Shown: in pieces, positions 9,187 through 17,640 of the stretch
Layout of the letters: each line of letters starts with the position of its first letter
How positions within the stretch are numbered: the stretch's first letter is position 1
Origin: Candidatus Sungiibacteriota bacterium
Lineage (GTDB): Bacteria; Patescibacteriota; Minisyncoccia; Sungbacterales; SURF-37
Direction: 5' to 3'
DNA: 48,278 nucleotides
Assembly (NCBI GenBank): GCA_016186145.1
Contig: JACPMF010000007.1
Location: 85,302-133,579, forward strand
The notes under the pieces: model-generated
The model's input: the letters and a program-made list of their open reading frames with translations, nothing else
Told to the model about the DNA's origin: nothing
Databases searched by the model: none
Program-made: the position numbers and the translations under genes

Positions 9187-9633
9187 ATGGCGAAAAGAAG
9201 GCACAGAGAACCTATTGACCCGGCGGCGGAAGAGGCCTATCGGCAGTACCTCTTTCGGGTAATCGACGAAAAAGCCGTTGAGCGGGACAGGATCGCCGCA
9301 ACATCGGGAAAGCCGCCGAAGCCAACCACGGAGTCGCCGGCAACGGACATTTCTCTGTTCGGACTGATAGCAGTTCTTGGCACGATCGGCGCGGCCGTAA
9401 TAACCATTATCACGGCTCAAGAACGCCCGGGGGCGCTCATTCCGATCTGGCTCTTTTTCGAAGGCCCGATGTTCTTATCGCTTGGGCTCGCGGCGAACCA
9501 GATTTTCGTAAAACCGCAGCCGCCAGCGCACTCGGCACCCATTCGCTGGTTCACGGCGTACGGGATGTTCACGGCTGTCGCGAACGCCTTGGTTGCCCTG
9601 CTGACGGGCATCACCAGAGTCGTCAGCGGATAG
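9187..9633 (+). CDS. Small membrane protein (3-4 TM)
   Basis: ATG at 9187 is preceded by GGAGGAG. The C-terminal two thirds are hydrophobic. The track ORF start at 9103 is judged an upstream extension. Confidence 0.55.
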   Translation: MAKRRHREPIDPAAEEAYRQYLFRVIDEKAVERDRIAATSGKPPKPTTESPATDISLFGLIAVLGTIGAAVITIITAQERPGALIPIWLFFEGPMFLSLGLAANQIFVKPQPPAHSAPIRWFTAYGMFTAVANALVALLTGITRVVSG

Positions 9634-9823
9634 CCCGGGCCGCCGCATCGGAGGCCCCGCAAGACAAAGCGCGAAGCGCAAGTCTAGCGGGGCTTTTAAT
9701 ATTGCGGCATGCGGTACTACAACATGTTATCCACAAGCCGCTAAAAACGAGATTCTCAAGGCATTTTATGATATAATGTAAAAAACCGCAGGCTAAGTTA
9801 GAGTTAAAACCACCTTCAATAAC

Positions 9824-10861
9824 ATGGCCATAAACAACTCAAGCAGCAACATAACCGAGGAAACAATCCTTACACGCTACGAGTCCCTGCCCGAAGACTT
9901 AAAGCAAGCTCTCATGGGTGTTGAGACCGCCGGAGAGCTCTATAAAATAGGTAAAAATGCAAACTTAAGCGTTGAAAAGATTGGCCGCCTCGCTGAAGAA
10001 GTCGGATTAATAATTTTAGGACTCACCCCTTCCCAAAACTTCATCTCGGACTTAAAACAAATGCTCGAGGTGCCCCAGGAAAAAGCCGAAGAGGTCGCAT
10101 CAGAGGTCAACACACGCATCTTTCTTCCGATACGCGAATCACTCAAGCGCCTGCATGGCGCTTCATGGAGCGAGGGCATCACAAAGCTCCCAGTCACAGC
10201 CGAAAGACCAAGAAGCGCTTTTGATGAAGGAAAAAAGGCGCCCGCTTTCTCATTGCCTCCCGCCTTTCAAAAAGAACCGGCGTCTCCGTCACAAGCAAAA
10301 CCGGAAATCAAAAAACCTGTGATGCCGCCGCCACTGGCAGCGCCAATTGAAAAGATTTCTTTACAACCGACAACCCCCTCAACCCCAAAAGAGCCCCTCA
10401 TTATTCAGCCAATGGGTGGCGCATCGGCAATAACAAGACCCGCTCCTGATCGCGGAGTATTTAAAAACGAAATAAGGCCGCCTTCTCTAATACCTGCGGA
10501 AAGAAAGCCGGTCCCCCCGCCCCCGCCAATAATCCAGCCACCCCAAGTTCGAGTCGCGGCCCCTGATACAAAATCTGAAATAAAAAAAATACAGACCCCA
10601 ACACCCCCACCACCGCCCCCGGTGCCGCCGAAAATTCCGATATTTGAAAAACCGGCATTACTAACTCCTCCGGAACCGTTAGGCCAACCCTCTTCCTTAA
10701 AAAGCATTGAACCTCGCGCGAAGGACCTGAAACCATCCCCTGTCCCTGCGGAAAGACCCTGGGGTGTTAGGGAAGACAAAGAAGTTAAACCGTCCGTTCA
10801 AATCCCCCCATCGACGCCTTCACAACCCGGGTTTGACCCATATAGAGAACCACTTGAATAG
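9824..10861 (+). CDS. Pro-rich protein of unknown function
   Basis: 345-aa ORF with a structured ~110-aa N-terminal domain followed by PPPPP-rich low complexity. TATAAT at 9772-9777 lies upstream. Confidence 0.55.
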   Translation: MAINNSSSNITEETILTRYESLPEDLKQALMGVETAGELYKIGKNANLSVEKIGRLAEEVGLIILGLTPSQNFISDLKQMLEVPQEKAEEVASEVNTRIFLPIRESLKRLHGASWSEGITKLPVTAERPRSAFDEGKKAPAFSLPPAFQKEPASPSQAKPEIKKPVMPPPLAAPIEKISLQPTTPSTPKEPLIIQPMGGASAITRPAPDRGVFKNEIRPPSLIPAERKPVPPPPPIIQPPQVRVAAPDTKSEIKKIQTPTPPPPPPVPPKIPIFEKPALLTPPEPLGQPSSLKSIEPRAKDLKPSPVPAERPWGVREDKEVKPSVQIPPSTPSQPGFDPYREPLE

Positions 10862-10943
10862 AAGCAGATTTACGCGGATGACAACGCGGAAAAAACGCGG
10901 ATCCGCATGAATCCGCGTAGCTATCCGTATTTATCCGCTTCTA
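10861..10943 (+). repeat. 83-nt intergenic repeat, copy 1 (4 GCGGAT-like + 4 ATCCGC-like units)
   Basis: Differs at only 3 of 83 positions from 11367-11449 by my alignment. Starts in the upstream stop codon and ends 4 nt before the next ATG. Confidence 0.9.
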
Positions 10944-10947
10944 AGGC

Positions 10948-11364
10948 ATGCGTCAATTCCAAGTTCCCCAATTTATAAACATCGAAGACAAAATTATCGG
11001 GCCGCTCACGCTAAAACAATTTCTCTATCTTGTCGGCGGAGGGGCTGCCGTCCTCCTCGCGTGGTTTGGTCTCAACACATTCTTTTTTGTTCTCGTTTCG
11101 GCGCCGACAACAGCCCTTTCTCTTGCGCTTGCTTTCTTAAAAATTAACGACCAAACATTTCCAACGGTCTTTATGAATAGTTTAAACTTCTACCTAAAAC
11201 CCCGGCTCTACTTGTGGAAACGGGCCGCCCCAGCAAGGACGGCCGGCATGCTTCCAAAAGAAGACGCGGAAAAACAAACAAAAATCAAACTTCCGACACT
11301 CACCGAGTCAAGACTAAATGACCTTTCCTGGAGCTTAGACATTAAGGAGAAACTTAACCGTTGA
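10948..11364 (+). CDS. PrgI/VirB3-like small membrane protein
   Basis: MRQFQVPQFINIEDKIIGPLTLKQFLYLVGGG... followed by two TM segments is the PrgI-family N-terminal pattern. Adjacent to VirB4. Confidence 0.6.
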   Translation: MRQFQVPQFINIEDKIIGPLTLKQFLYLVGGGAAVLLAWFGLNTFFFVLVSAPTTALSLALAFLKINDQTFPTVFMNSLNFYLKPRLYLWKRAAPARTAGMLPKEDAEKQTKIKLPTLTESRLNDLSWSLDIKEKLNR

Positions 11365-11366
11365 TA

Positions 11367-11449
11367 GAAGCGGATCTATGCGGATGACAACGCGGAAAAA
11401 ACGCGGATCCGCATGAATCCGCGTAGCTATCCGTATTTATCCGCTTCTA
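11367..11449 (+). repeat. 83-nt intergenic repeat, copy 2
   Basis: See 10861-10943. Begins 2 nt after the upstream stop codon (TGA 11362-11364) and ends 2 nt before the ATG at 11452. Confidence 0.9.
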
Positions 11450-11451
11450 AT

Positions 11452-12117
11452 ATGCAGCAGACCGAATCGCAAAAGGCCGCGAAGGCAAAGGCGGCACAGG
11501 ATTTCCTCGCAGTCGACTTTATCCGAGACGGCGTTATTTCCCTTAGAGGCACCCAGGGACTACGAATGGTCCTAATGGCGTCCTCTTTCAACTTTGCCCT
11601 CAAGTCCTCTGAAGAACAAGACGCGACCATCATGCAATACGAAAACTTTTTAAATTCTTTGGACTTTCCAATCCAGTTCGTAATCCACTCCAGAAGACTC
11701 AACATAACTCCATACCTTGAAACCCTCAAAGAGCGGGAAAAAGAAGAAACGAACGAGCTGTTAAAAATCCAGGTCGGCGAATACATCGAATTTGTGCGTT
11801 CTTTCGTCGAACTGACTAACATCGTCACAAAAACTTTTTATGTAATCGTGCCGTTTACACCGACAATCGCGGAGAAGGCGGGTGTTGCCTCGTTTTTACC
11901 GGCGTTTTTCAAAAACAAGAAGGACGCCGGCGGAACCGATAACGGAAATTCTTTCACAGAGCACAAAAACCAGCTTTTACAGCGAGCAGACGCGGTATCC
12001 GCCGGATTGAGACGGTTCGGCATACGAAGCGCTGCGCTGAATACAGAAGAACTCGTCGAGCTTTTCTACGGACTCTACAACCCCGCAGAGGCAGAGAGAC
12101 AGAAGCTTAAAGAATAA
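11452..12117 (+). CDS. VirB4 N-terminal-domain-like protein without an ATPase domain
   Basis: ATG at 11452 (the track start 11413 lies inside the repeat). FIRDGVISLRGTQGLRMVLMASSFNFALKSSEEQD...FLNSLDFPIQFVI resembles the N-terminal region of Gram-positive-type VirB4 proteins. No Walker motifs. Confidence 0.45.
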   Translation: MQQTESQKAAKAKAAQDFLAVDFIRDGVISLRGTQGLRMVLMASSFNFALKSSEEQDATIMQYENFLNSLDFPIQFVIHSRRLNITPYLETLKEREKEETNELLKIQVGEYIEFVRSFVELTNIVTKTFYVIVPFTPTIAEKAGVASFLPAFFKNKKDAGGTDNGNSFTEHKNQLLQRADAVSAGLRRFGIRSAALNTEELVELFYGLYNPAEAERQKLKE

Positions 12118-12120
12118 TCA

Positions 12121-12209
12121 ACGAATTACGAATCTTTTGCGAATCTACGAATACTCGTTGCTGTCGCGTGAAATATTATTCGTATATTCGTACTGGATTC
12201 GTAATTCGC
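12121..12209. repeat. Imperfect palindrome built from 4 (A/G)CGAAT + 4 ATTCG(T/C) units
   Basis: Left-arm units at 12121, 12128, 12139, 12147. Mirror units at 12178, 12186, 12197, 12204. CGAATTACGAATC (12122-12134) pairs perfectly with 12196-12208. Confidence 0.85.
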
Positions 12210-12227
12210 TGGTGGAGCGAAGCGGAT

Positions 12228-14042
12228 ATGGCCATTCTTGGTTTCGGAAAAAAACAAAGACAAACAGAAGAAATACTCCCGGTTTTTCCGGAAGAAATTT
12301 ATCGCGCGGCGGAAATAACGCTCAAAGACGTCATCGCGCCGTCAGCCCTTGAAATCAGTCCGAATTTTCTGCGTCTTGGAGAGCGTCTCGCGCGCACTCT
12401 TTTTGTATTTTCATATCCCCGGTTTCTGCACACGAACTGGTTCTCGCCGATCATTAATCTCGATAAAATCTTTGATATTTCTATCTTTATTCACCCGGTA
12501 GACACTGCGGTAATACTTCGCGAGCTAAGAAAGCAGGTGGCGCGGGTACAGTCGCAAATTTCCCTCCGCGAAGAAAAAGGCCTCGTTCGAGACCCGATGC
12601 TTGATACGGCGTATCGAGACCTTGAGGTGCTGCGCGACCGCCTCCAGCAGGCGCAGGAACGACTTTTTAACGTCGGCCTCTACATAACGGTCTACGGATC
12701 AAACGAACAAGAACTTGATAAGGCGGAAAACGAAATTCGGTCAATGATGGAATCGAAGCTCGTCTACATAAAACCCGCGCTCTTCCAACAAGAAGAGGGA
12801 TTCAATGCAACCCTTCCGTTAAACACCGACCATTTGCTTATCCATAATTACCTGAACTCGGGCCCGGTATCCTCAACTTTTCCGTTCGTCTCTTTCGATC
12901 TTACCTCCAACAAAGGCGTGCTCTACGGCATCAACCGGCACAACAACTCCTTAATTCTCTTTGACCGCTGGTCCCTCCCAAACGCAAACTCGGTCACCTT
13001 TGCCGTCTCGGGGGCGGGGAAATCATATGCAACAAAACTCGAAATTCTCCGCTCGCTCATGTTCGGCGGAGAAGTCATTGTCATCGACCCGGAACGCGAG
13101 TACAAGTATTTAACCGAGACCGTTGGGGGTGCTTACTTCAATATCTCACTCGCCTCGCCCCATCACATAAATCCGTTCGACCTCCCGCTCCCCCGCGAGG
13201 ATGAATCGCCGGCAGATGTCCTTCGCTCAAACATCGTAAACCTCATTGGGCTTTTCCGCATCATGCTCGGCGGACTCACGCCGACCGAGGACGCCATCCT
13301 CGACCGGGCAATTACCGAAACGTACGCGGCGAGAGACATCACCCCTGAATCGGATTTCACAAAAACAAGCACCCCCACCCTCTCCGACCTTGCCCTAGTC
13401 CTTGCAAACACCGAGGGCGGAGATGAACTTGCGGTGAAACTGAAAAAGTACACCGAAGGAACATGGGCCGGGTTCATAAACCAGCCAACCAACATTAATG
13501 TGCAAAACCGCCTTGTGGCGTTTTCGGTACGGGACATGGAAGAAGAACTCCGGCCCGTCGCCATGTATATCGTTCTCCATTACATTTGGAATATCGTCCG
13601 GTCAGAACTCAAACAGCGCCTGTTGGTGGTAGACGAAGCGTGGTGGCTTATGCGCCAAGAAGACGGCGCATCGTTCCTTTTCGGCATCGCAAAGCGGGCA
13701 CGGAAATATTATCTCGGCCTTGCCACCATTACCCAGGACGTAGCCGACTTTTTGGGTTCGCCCTATGGCCGCCCTATTGTTACAAACTCTTCAATGCAAC
13801 TCCTCCTCAAACAGTCTCCGGCGACGATAAAAACCGTAGTCGAAGCATTCAATCTTACCGAGGAAGAAAAATTTCTGCTCTTGGAAACAGAAGTCGGGGA
13901 GGGCATCTTTTTTGCCGGCTTAAAGCATGTCGCCATCAAGGTTATCGCCTCCTATACCGAGGACCAAATCATCACTACCGACCCCGCGCAGCTTATGGTT
14001 ATCAGAAAAGCAAAAGAAGAGTTTCAGAAGGCGGGACAATAA
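12228..14042 (+). CDS. virB4: VirB4/TrbE-family conjugation/T4SS ATPase
   Basis: ATG at 12228. Walker A is VSGAGKSYA and Walker B is LLVVDEAW, with a VirB4-like N-terminal domain. About 600 aa. Confidence 0.85.
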   Translation: MAILGFGKKQRQTEEILPVFPEEIYRAAEITLKDVIAPSALEISPNFLRLGERLARTLFVFSYPRFLHTNWFSPIINLDKIFDISIFIHPVDTAVILRELRKQVARVQSQISLREEKGLVRDPMLDTAYRDLEVLRDRLQQAQERLFNVGLYITVYGSNEQELDKAENEIRSMMESKLVYIKPALFQQEEGFNATLPLNTDHLLIHNYLNSGPVSSTFPFVSFDLTSNKGVLYGINRHNNSLILFDRWSLPNANSVTFAVSGAGKSYATKLEILRSLMFGGEVIVIDPEREYKYLTETVGGAYFNISLASPHHINPFDLPLPREDESPADVLRSNIVNLIGLFRIMLGGLTPTEDAILDRAITETYAARDITPESDFTKTSTPTLSDLALVLANTEGGDELAVKLKKYTEGTWAGFINQPTNINVQNRLVAFSVRDMEEELRPVAMYIVLHYIWNIVRSELKQRLLVVDEAWWLMRQEDGASFLFGIAKRARKYYLGLATITQDVADFLGSPYGRPIVTNSSMQLLLKQSPATIKTVVEAFNLTEEEKFLLLETEVGEGIFFAGLKHVAIKVIASYTEDQIITTDPAQLMVIRKAKEEFQKAGQ

Positions 14043-14211
14043 AAGGCTTTGTCCAAAATTTGGAGGCGGGCGAACAAATTTTGGTTACAAAACCTTTACC
14101 CTGTTAAATAATTTCGCCTTTGGCGAAATTGCCGCAGAGCGGCATTTAACAGGGTGCTGAATTTTATAGTTTCATTTACTCGCTTTGCTCGTAAATTCAA
14201 ATAAAATTCGC
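14040..14211 (+). repeat. Family-A structured intergenic cassette, copy A (sense to + strand genes)
   Basis: Starts at the virB4 stop codon. Long hairpin 14042-14097, then CCCTGTTAAAT (14099-14109)/ATTTAACAGGG (14144-14154) enclosing two hairpins, then the shared ~60-nt leader ending at ATG 14212. Confidence 0.85.
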
Positions 14212-14763
14212 ATGCCTGAAGCCGCAACACAAACAATCGAGGACGCGCCGGAAGCAAAACAGGTAGAAGAGGGCGAACAACAAGGAGAAAAGAACGCCGA
14301 CGCTAAGAGCGATTCAAAAATATCAACCGCGCAAGCCGGACTTATGATCGGCGTAGCCCTGCTTTTTGACGGGGCCCAGTTTGTAATCGGGGCGCTTGCC
14401 GGACTTACCGTATTTCTCCTCCCGCTCGGCATTGCGGTCGGATGGGTTGTTGATATTTGGGCATGGCTTACATTCTTTTTATGGCTGCATTCGCTTGGAT
14501 TGAGTATGATAAAGAAGGGTGGGGCTAGTGGAGGCGGTTTGGGGAAAGAGCCGTTTGTCATTATCGCGCTCGCGTTCGGTATTGAATTTATACCCATCAT
14601 CAACGCGCTCCCGGCCTGGACCGCAGCCATCGCAACATTGATTTTTAGACAGCGCACCGAAGCCATCCTTCGGACCGCGGGTGGAATAGAAAAAGCGCTG
14701 GAGCCAACATCCAAACTTAAACTCAAAAGTCTATCGTCCAAAACCGACAGCGAAAATGAATAA
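14212..14763 (+). CDS. Membrane protein (4 TM) with acidic N-terminus
   Basis: ATG at 14212 sits directly after the shared leader. The hydrophobic core is in operon orientation. The mirror ORF on the minus strand is rejected. Confidence 0.6.
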   Translation: MPEAATQTIEDAPEAKQVEEGEQQGEKNADAKSDSKISTAQAGLMIGVALLFDGAQFVIGALAGLTVFLLPLGIAVGWVVDIWAWLTFFLWLHSLGLSMIKKGGASGGGLGKEPFVIIALAFGIEFIPIINALPAWTAAIATLIFRQRTEAILRTAGGIEKALEPTSKLKLKSLSSKTDSENE

Positions 14764-15733
14764 ATCCATTTCACAATTTTTCGTTCTCATATTATTACTT
14801 GCCGCTCTTTCCCCGCACGCAGCACTCACCCAAACGCTTCAAAACCTGACCTTGGCGATCAACCCGCCCTTTCCAAAAGCGGAAGAGGAGGTACAGGCGA
14901 AGGCAATTCTTGTCGGAGCCGATCAAGACCTTTCGTCTTTTGAATGGTACAAAGACGGCAAGCAGGACAAATCAGCATCAGGAAAAGGCAAAAATGTTTT
15001 TATATTCAAAGTTGGAAACGGGCCAAGAACAATTATTGACGCCGTCGTCATGACCCCTGACGGGAACCGTCTGTCTGCAACGCGGGCAATCACCAGAGAA
15101 CGTCCGGTTATAATATGGTCGGCAAATACTTCGGTTCCGCTTTGGTACAAGGGCAAACCCCTACCAAGCCCCGGGTCAACCGTAACGATTATGGCGCTTC
15201 CCGGCGCCGGATTCGGAGAGTCCGCGTCGGAGCTCTTCTACTCATGGAACATCAACCTCGAACCGCATCCGGAAGTCTCCGGCATCGGAAAAAACAAATT
15301 CACGCTCAAAACATCGCTGGTCCCCGACGTCAGCCAGCAGATTATCGTCCGAATCTCAAACGCGAACCAGACAATAGCACAAGAAGCAACCCTTATCCTG
15401 CCGACCCGCAGTACAGAGCTTCTGGTATATAGACTTACCCCCGCCGGACTCACCGACTTCTCAAAAACAATATCCGAATTCGGTGGCACGGCTGGCGGGA
15501 TTTTTGACTTCATCGCCACCCCGTTCTATTTTCGCCAAGACCTCGCCTTTCCACCCGTCTTCGTATGGTCTGTCAGCGGACAGGCCTCTCCGAGCGGTGA
15601 TAAACCAAATATCTTAAGCATTAAAACCAACTCCGGAGAATCTTCCGAAAGCGCTGTCTCGATAAGCGCATCGGCCGGCAAAGGAATTGAGAAACAAGAG
15701 GCAGAATATTTATTTAGAGCGCGCTTCCGGTGA
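14756..15733 (+). CDS. Secreted hypothetical protein
   Basis: Signal-peptide-like N-terminus (FFVLILLLAALSPHAAL). Overlaps the upstream stop by 8 nt, consistent with translational coupling. Confidence 0.6.
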   Translation: MNKSISQFFVLILLLAALSPHAALTQTLQNLTLAINPPFPKAEEEVQAKAILVGADQDLSSFEWYKDGKQDKSASGKGKNVFIFKVGNGPRTIIDAVVMTPDGNRLSATRAITRERPVIIWSANTSVPLWYKGKPLPSPGSTVTIMALPGAGFGESASELFYSWNINLEPHPEVSGIGKNKFTLKTSLVPDVSQQIIVRISNANQTIAQEATLILPTRSTELLVYRLTPAGLTDFSKTISEFGGTAGGIFDFIATPFYFRQDLAFPPVFVWSVSGQASPSGDKPNILSIKTNSGESSESAVSISASAGKGIEKQEAEYLFRARFR

Positions 15734-15837
15734 AGCTGAATCATGAATAATGAATTAGAAATCAGAAATAAAAACTACTTTTCGCGTTCATCCGCATTCA
15801 TAATTCATTATTCATAATTCCTGATTCCCGATTTTAA

Positions 15838-16287
15838 ATGTCCAAAACGCCCATCATAACATTCTTTTTCATTGCAATAGCCATACTGCTTGGCGCCGAT
15901 TTCGTTTATGCCGTGACCGTCGAAATTGCCGGCCAAAACGAAGCGGTCCAACAACAGCTTGCCGCGGCAACCGCAAGCGACTATTTGAGCAATCTCTATG
16001 TATGGATGCTCGGCATTGTCGGTCTTGCAAGTTTGTTCGCCCTTATTTACGGCGGCGTTCTTTATATTTTTTCCGGAGCAATTGAGTCAACCTCTGAAGC
16101 GAAACGATGGATGACAAACGCCTTGTGGGGCCTGCTTCTTGCCGCCACATCATGGCTTATTCTCAATACCATCAATCCGGAACTTGTAAAAAAATTCGGT
16201 GTTGGAGAGATCATTTATAAATACTGCATGAAAGCAGCAAAAACCGCGGAAGATAGGGCGGTCTGTGAAAAAACAAGAGAGCAATAA
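15838..16287 (+). CDS. T4SS pilin-like (TrbC/VirB2-like) two-TM protein
   Basis: Signal/TM segment, then two hydrophobic helices (...LGIVGLASLFALIYGGVLYIF...ALWGLLLAATSWLILNTINPEL). Size and context fit a pilin. Confidence 0.55.
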   Translation: MSKTPIITFFFIAIAILLGADFVYAVTVEIAGQNEAVQQQLAAATASDYLSNLYVWMLGIVGLASLFALIYGGVLYIFSGAIESTSEAKRWMTNALWGLLLAATSWLILNTINPELVKKFGVGEIIYKYCMKAAKTAEDRAVCEKTREQ

Positions 16288-16302
16288 AAAAATATCGACA
16301 AC

Positions 16303-17508
16303 ATGGACACTAAAACCAGCAGAAGAAAAATCTTCATAATCGTCATCGTTACCACGGTCATTGCCGGAGTAGGTTTTTTCTTTTTTGGGTTATTGCTACC
16401 AACAGCACCGACAGCGGACGGCGAACCAACTTCCTTTTTCGGGCGTCTCCCTATTATTGGCGGGAGGGTTGGCTCGAAAGTAACCGAGGCCCCTCCGGCC
16501 ACACAACAACCTGTCCCGGGGGCAACACCCGGTGCGGCCGAACAGCGACGCCTGATTCAAATCACCGATGAGCCAATAATTGGCCCGGCGATCAGCGAGA
16601 GCGGAGAAAAAATTTTCTATTACCGTAAACGAGATGGACACCTTGTCAGCAACAACTTCACCGGAGGACAAGAAGAGACAATTTCCAACCTGACTATTTT
16701 AAACATCCTTGAGGTTTTGTGGTCGCCGGACAGAAAAAATGCAGTCGTAACCTACCAAGACGGCGAGATAATAAAGAGGTTTATAACAGAAGCGACCTCA
16801 ACCCCGAAAGTAACGTTCCTGCCGCAAGAAAGCGAGAACCCCGCGTGGTCGCCTGACAACAACACGATTTTTTGGATGACCCGGCAAGGAGAAAATCGCA
16901 CCCTTACGAGCGCCTCCCGAAACGGTCAAAATCCGCGTGGCCGCGGGTTTACAACACCCATTCCCGACCTCCAACCCATAGCGCTTACCCCAGACATAGT
17001 TGCCCTCATTCCAAAAACCGCTTCTTTTTACGAAACGCCGCTTTTTGTGCTCAACCTCAAAACCCTCGCCCAAAACACCGCGCTCTTTACCTTCGGCCTG
17101 ACCGCAATTAACGATACTGACCCAAAAAGCCAGCTTGTTCTCTACAACTCAACGAACCGTCTTGGCGCCATGCAAGACATTCATGCTGCGGACCTTCAAT
17201 CCGGGAAAGATACAAGCTGGCCGATAAAGACCTTGCCGGAAAAATGCGTTTTCGCAAAAGACGGCACAGCGCTCTTTTGCGCAGTACCCAAAGAAATACC
17301 CGCACGCGGCATGCCGGAAGTCTGGTATAAAGGACAAGTCTCTTTTTCGGACGCATTCTTCCGCATCGACTTGAACACAAGCAAAGCGGAACAGATTTTG
17401 AGCGAAAGTGGCTATGACGCGGTATATCTCGCAACATCGGCCGATAAGAAGTTTTTGTTCTTTACGGATAAAAAAACAAGCTTTTTATACAGCCTGTTGC
17501 TAGACTAA
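16303..17508 (+). CDS. Anchored periplasmic/extracellular beta-propeller-like protein (TolB-like WSPD repeats)
   Basis: N-terminal TM segment. Repeated ...WSPD... motifs (VLWSPDRKN, PAWSPDNNT). Confidence 0.5.
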   Translation: MDTKTSRRKIFIIVIVTTVIAGVGFFFFGLLLPTAPTADGEPTSFFGRLPIIGGRVGSKVTEAPPATQQPVPGATPGAAEQRRLIQITDEPIIGPAISESGEKIFYYRKRDGHLVSNNFTGGQEETISNLTILNILEVLWSPDRKNAVVTYQDGEIIKRFITEATSTPKVTFLPQESENPAWSPDNNTIFWMTRQGENRTLTSASRNGQNPRGRGFTTPIPDLQPIALTPDIVALIPKTASFYETPLFVLNLKTLAQNTALFTFGLTAINDTDPKSQLVLYNSTNRLGAMQDIHAADLQSGKDTSWPIKTLPEKCVFAKDGTALFCAVPKEIPARGMPEVWYKGQVSFSDAFFRIDLNTSKAEQILSESGYDAVYLATSADKKFLFFTDKKTSFLYSLLLD

Positions 17509-17640
17509 ATCCGAAATACGAATATCGAAATTCGAAACAAATTCTAAATTCGAATGTTCCAAACTCCAAATTGTTTGGATTTTTGAATTTGGGTCATTGT
17601 GATTTGTTTCGGATTTAGAATTTCGTGCTTCAAATTTTTC

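Noticed and set aside
10861-12209. CRISPR array interpretation of the GCGGAT / ACGAAT unit arrays
   Set aside because: The units are 6 nt with 1-6-nt gaps and are arranged as palindromes. There are no 25-40-nt repeats, no spacers and no cas genes.
14172-14774. 200-aa minus-strand ORF mirroring the + strand membrane-protein gene 14212-14763
   Set aside because: The + strand product has clean TM helices, lies in operon orientation, is preceded by the shared leader, and overlaps the next gene in coupling fashion. The minus-strand product has none of this.
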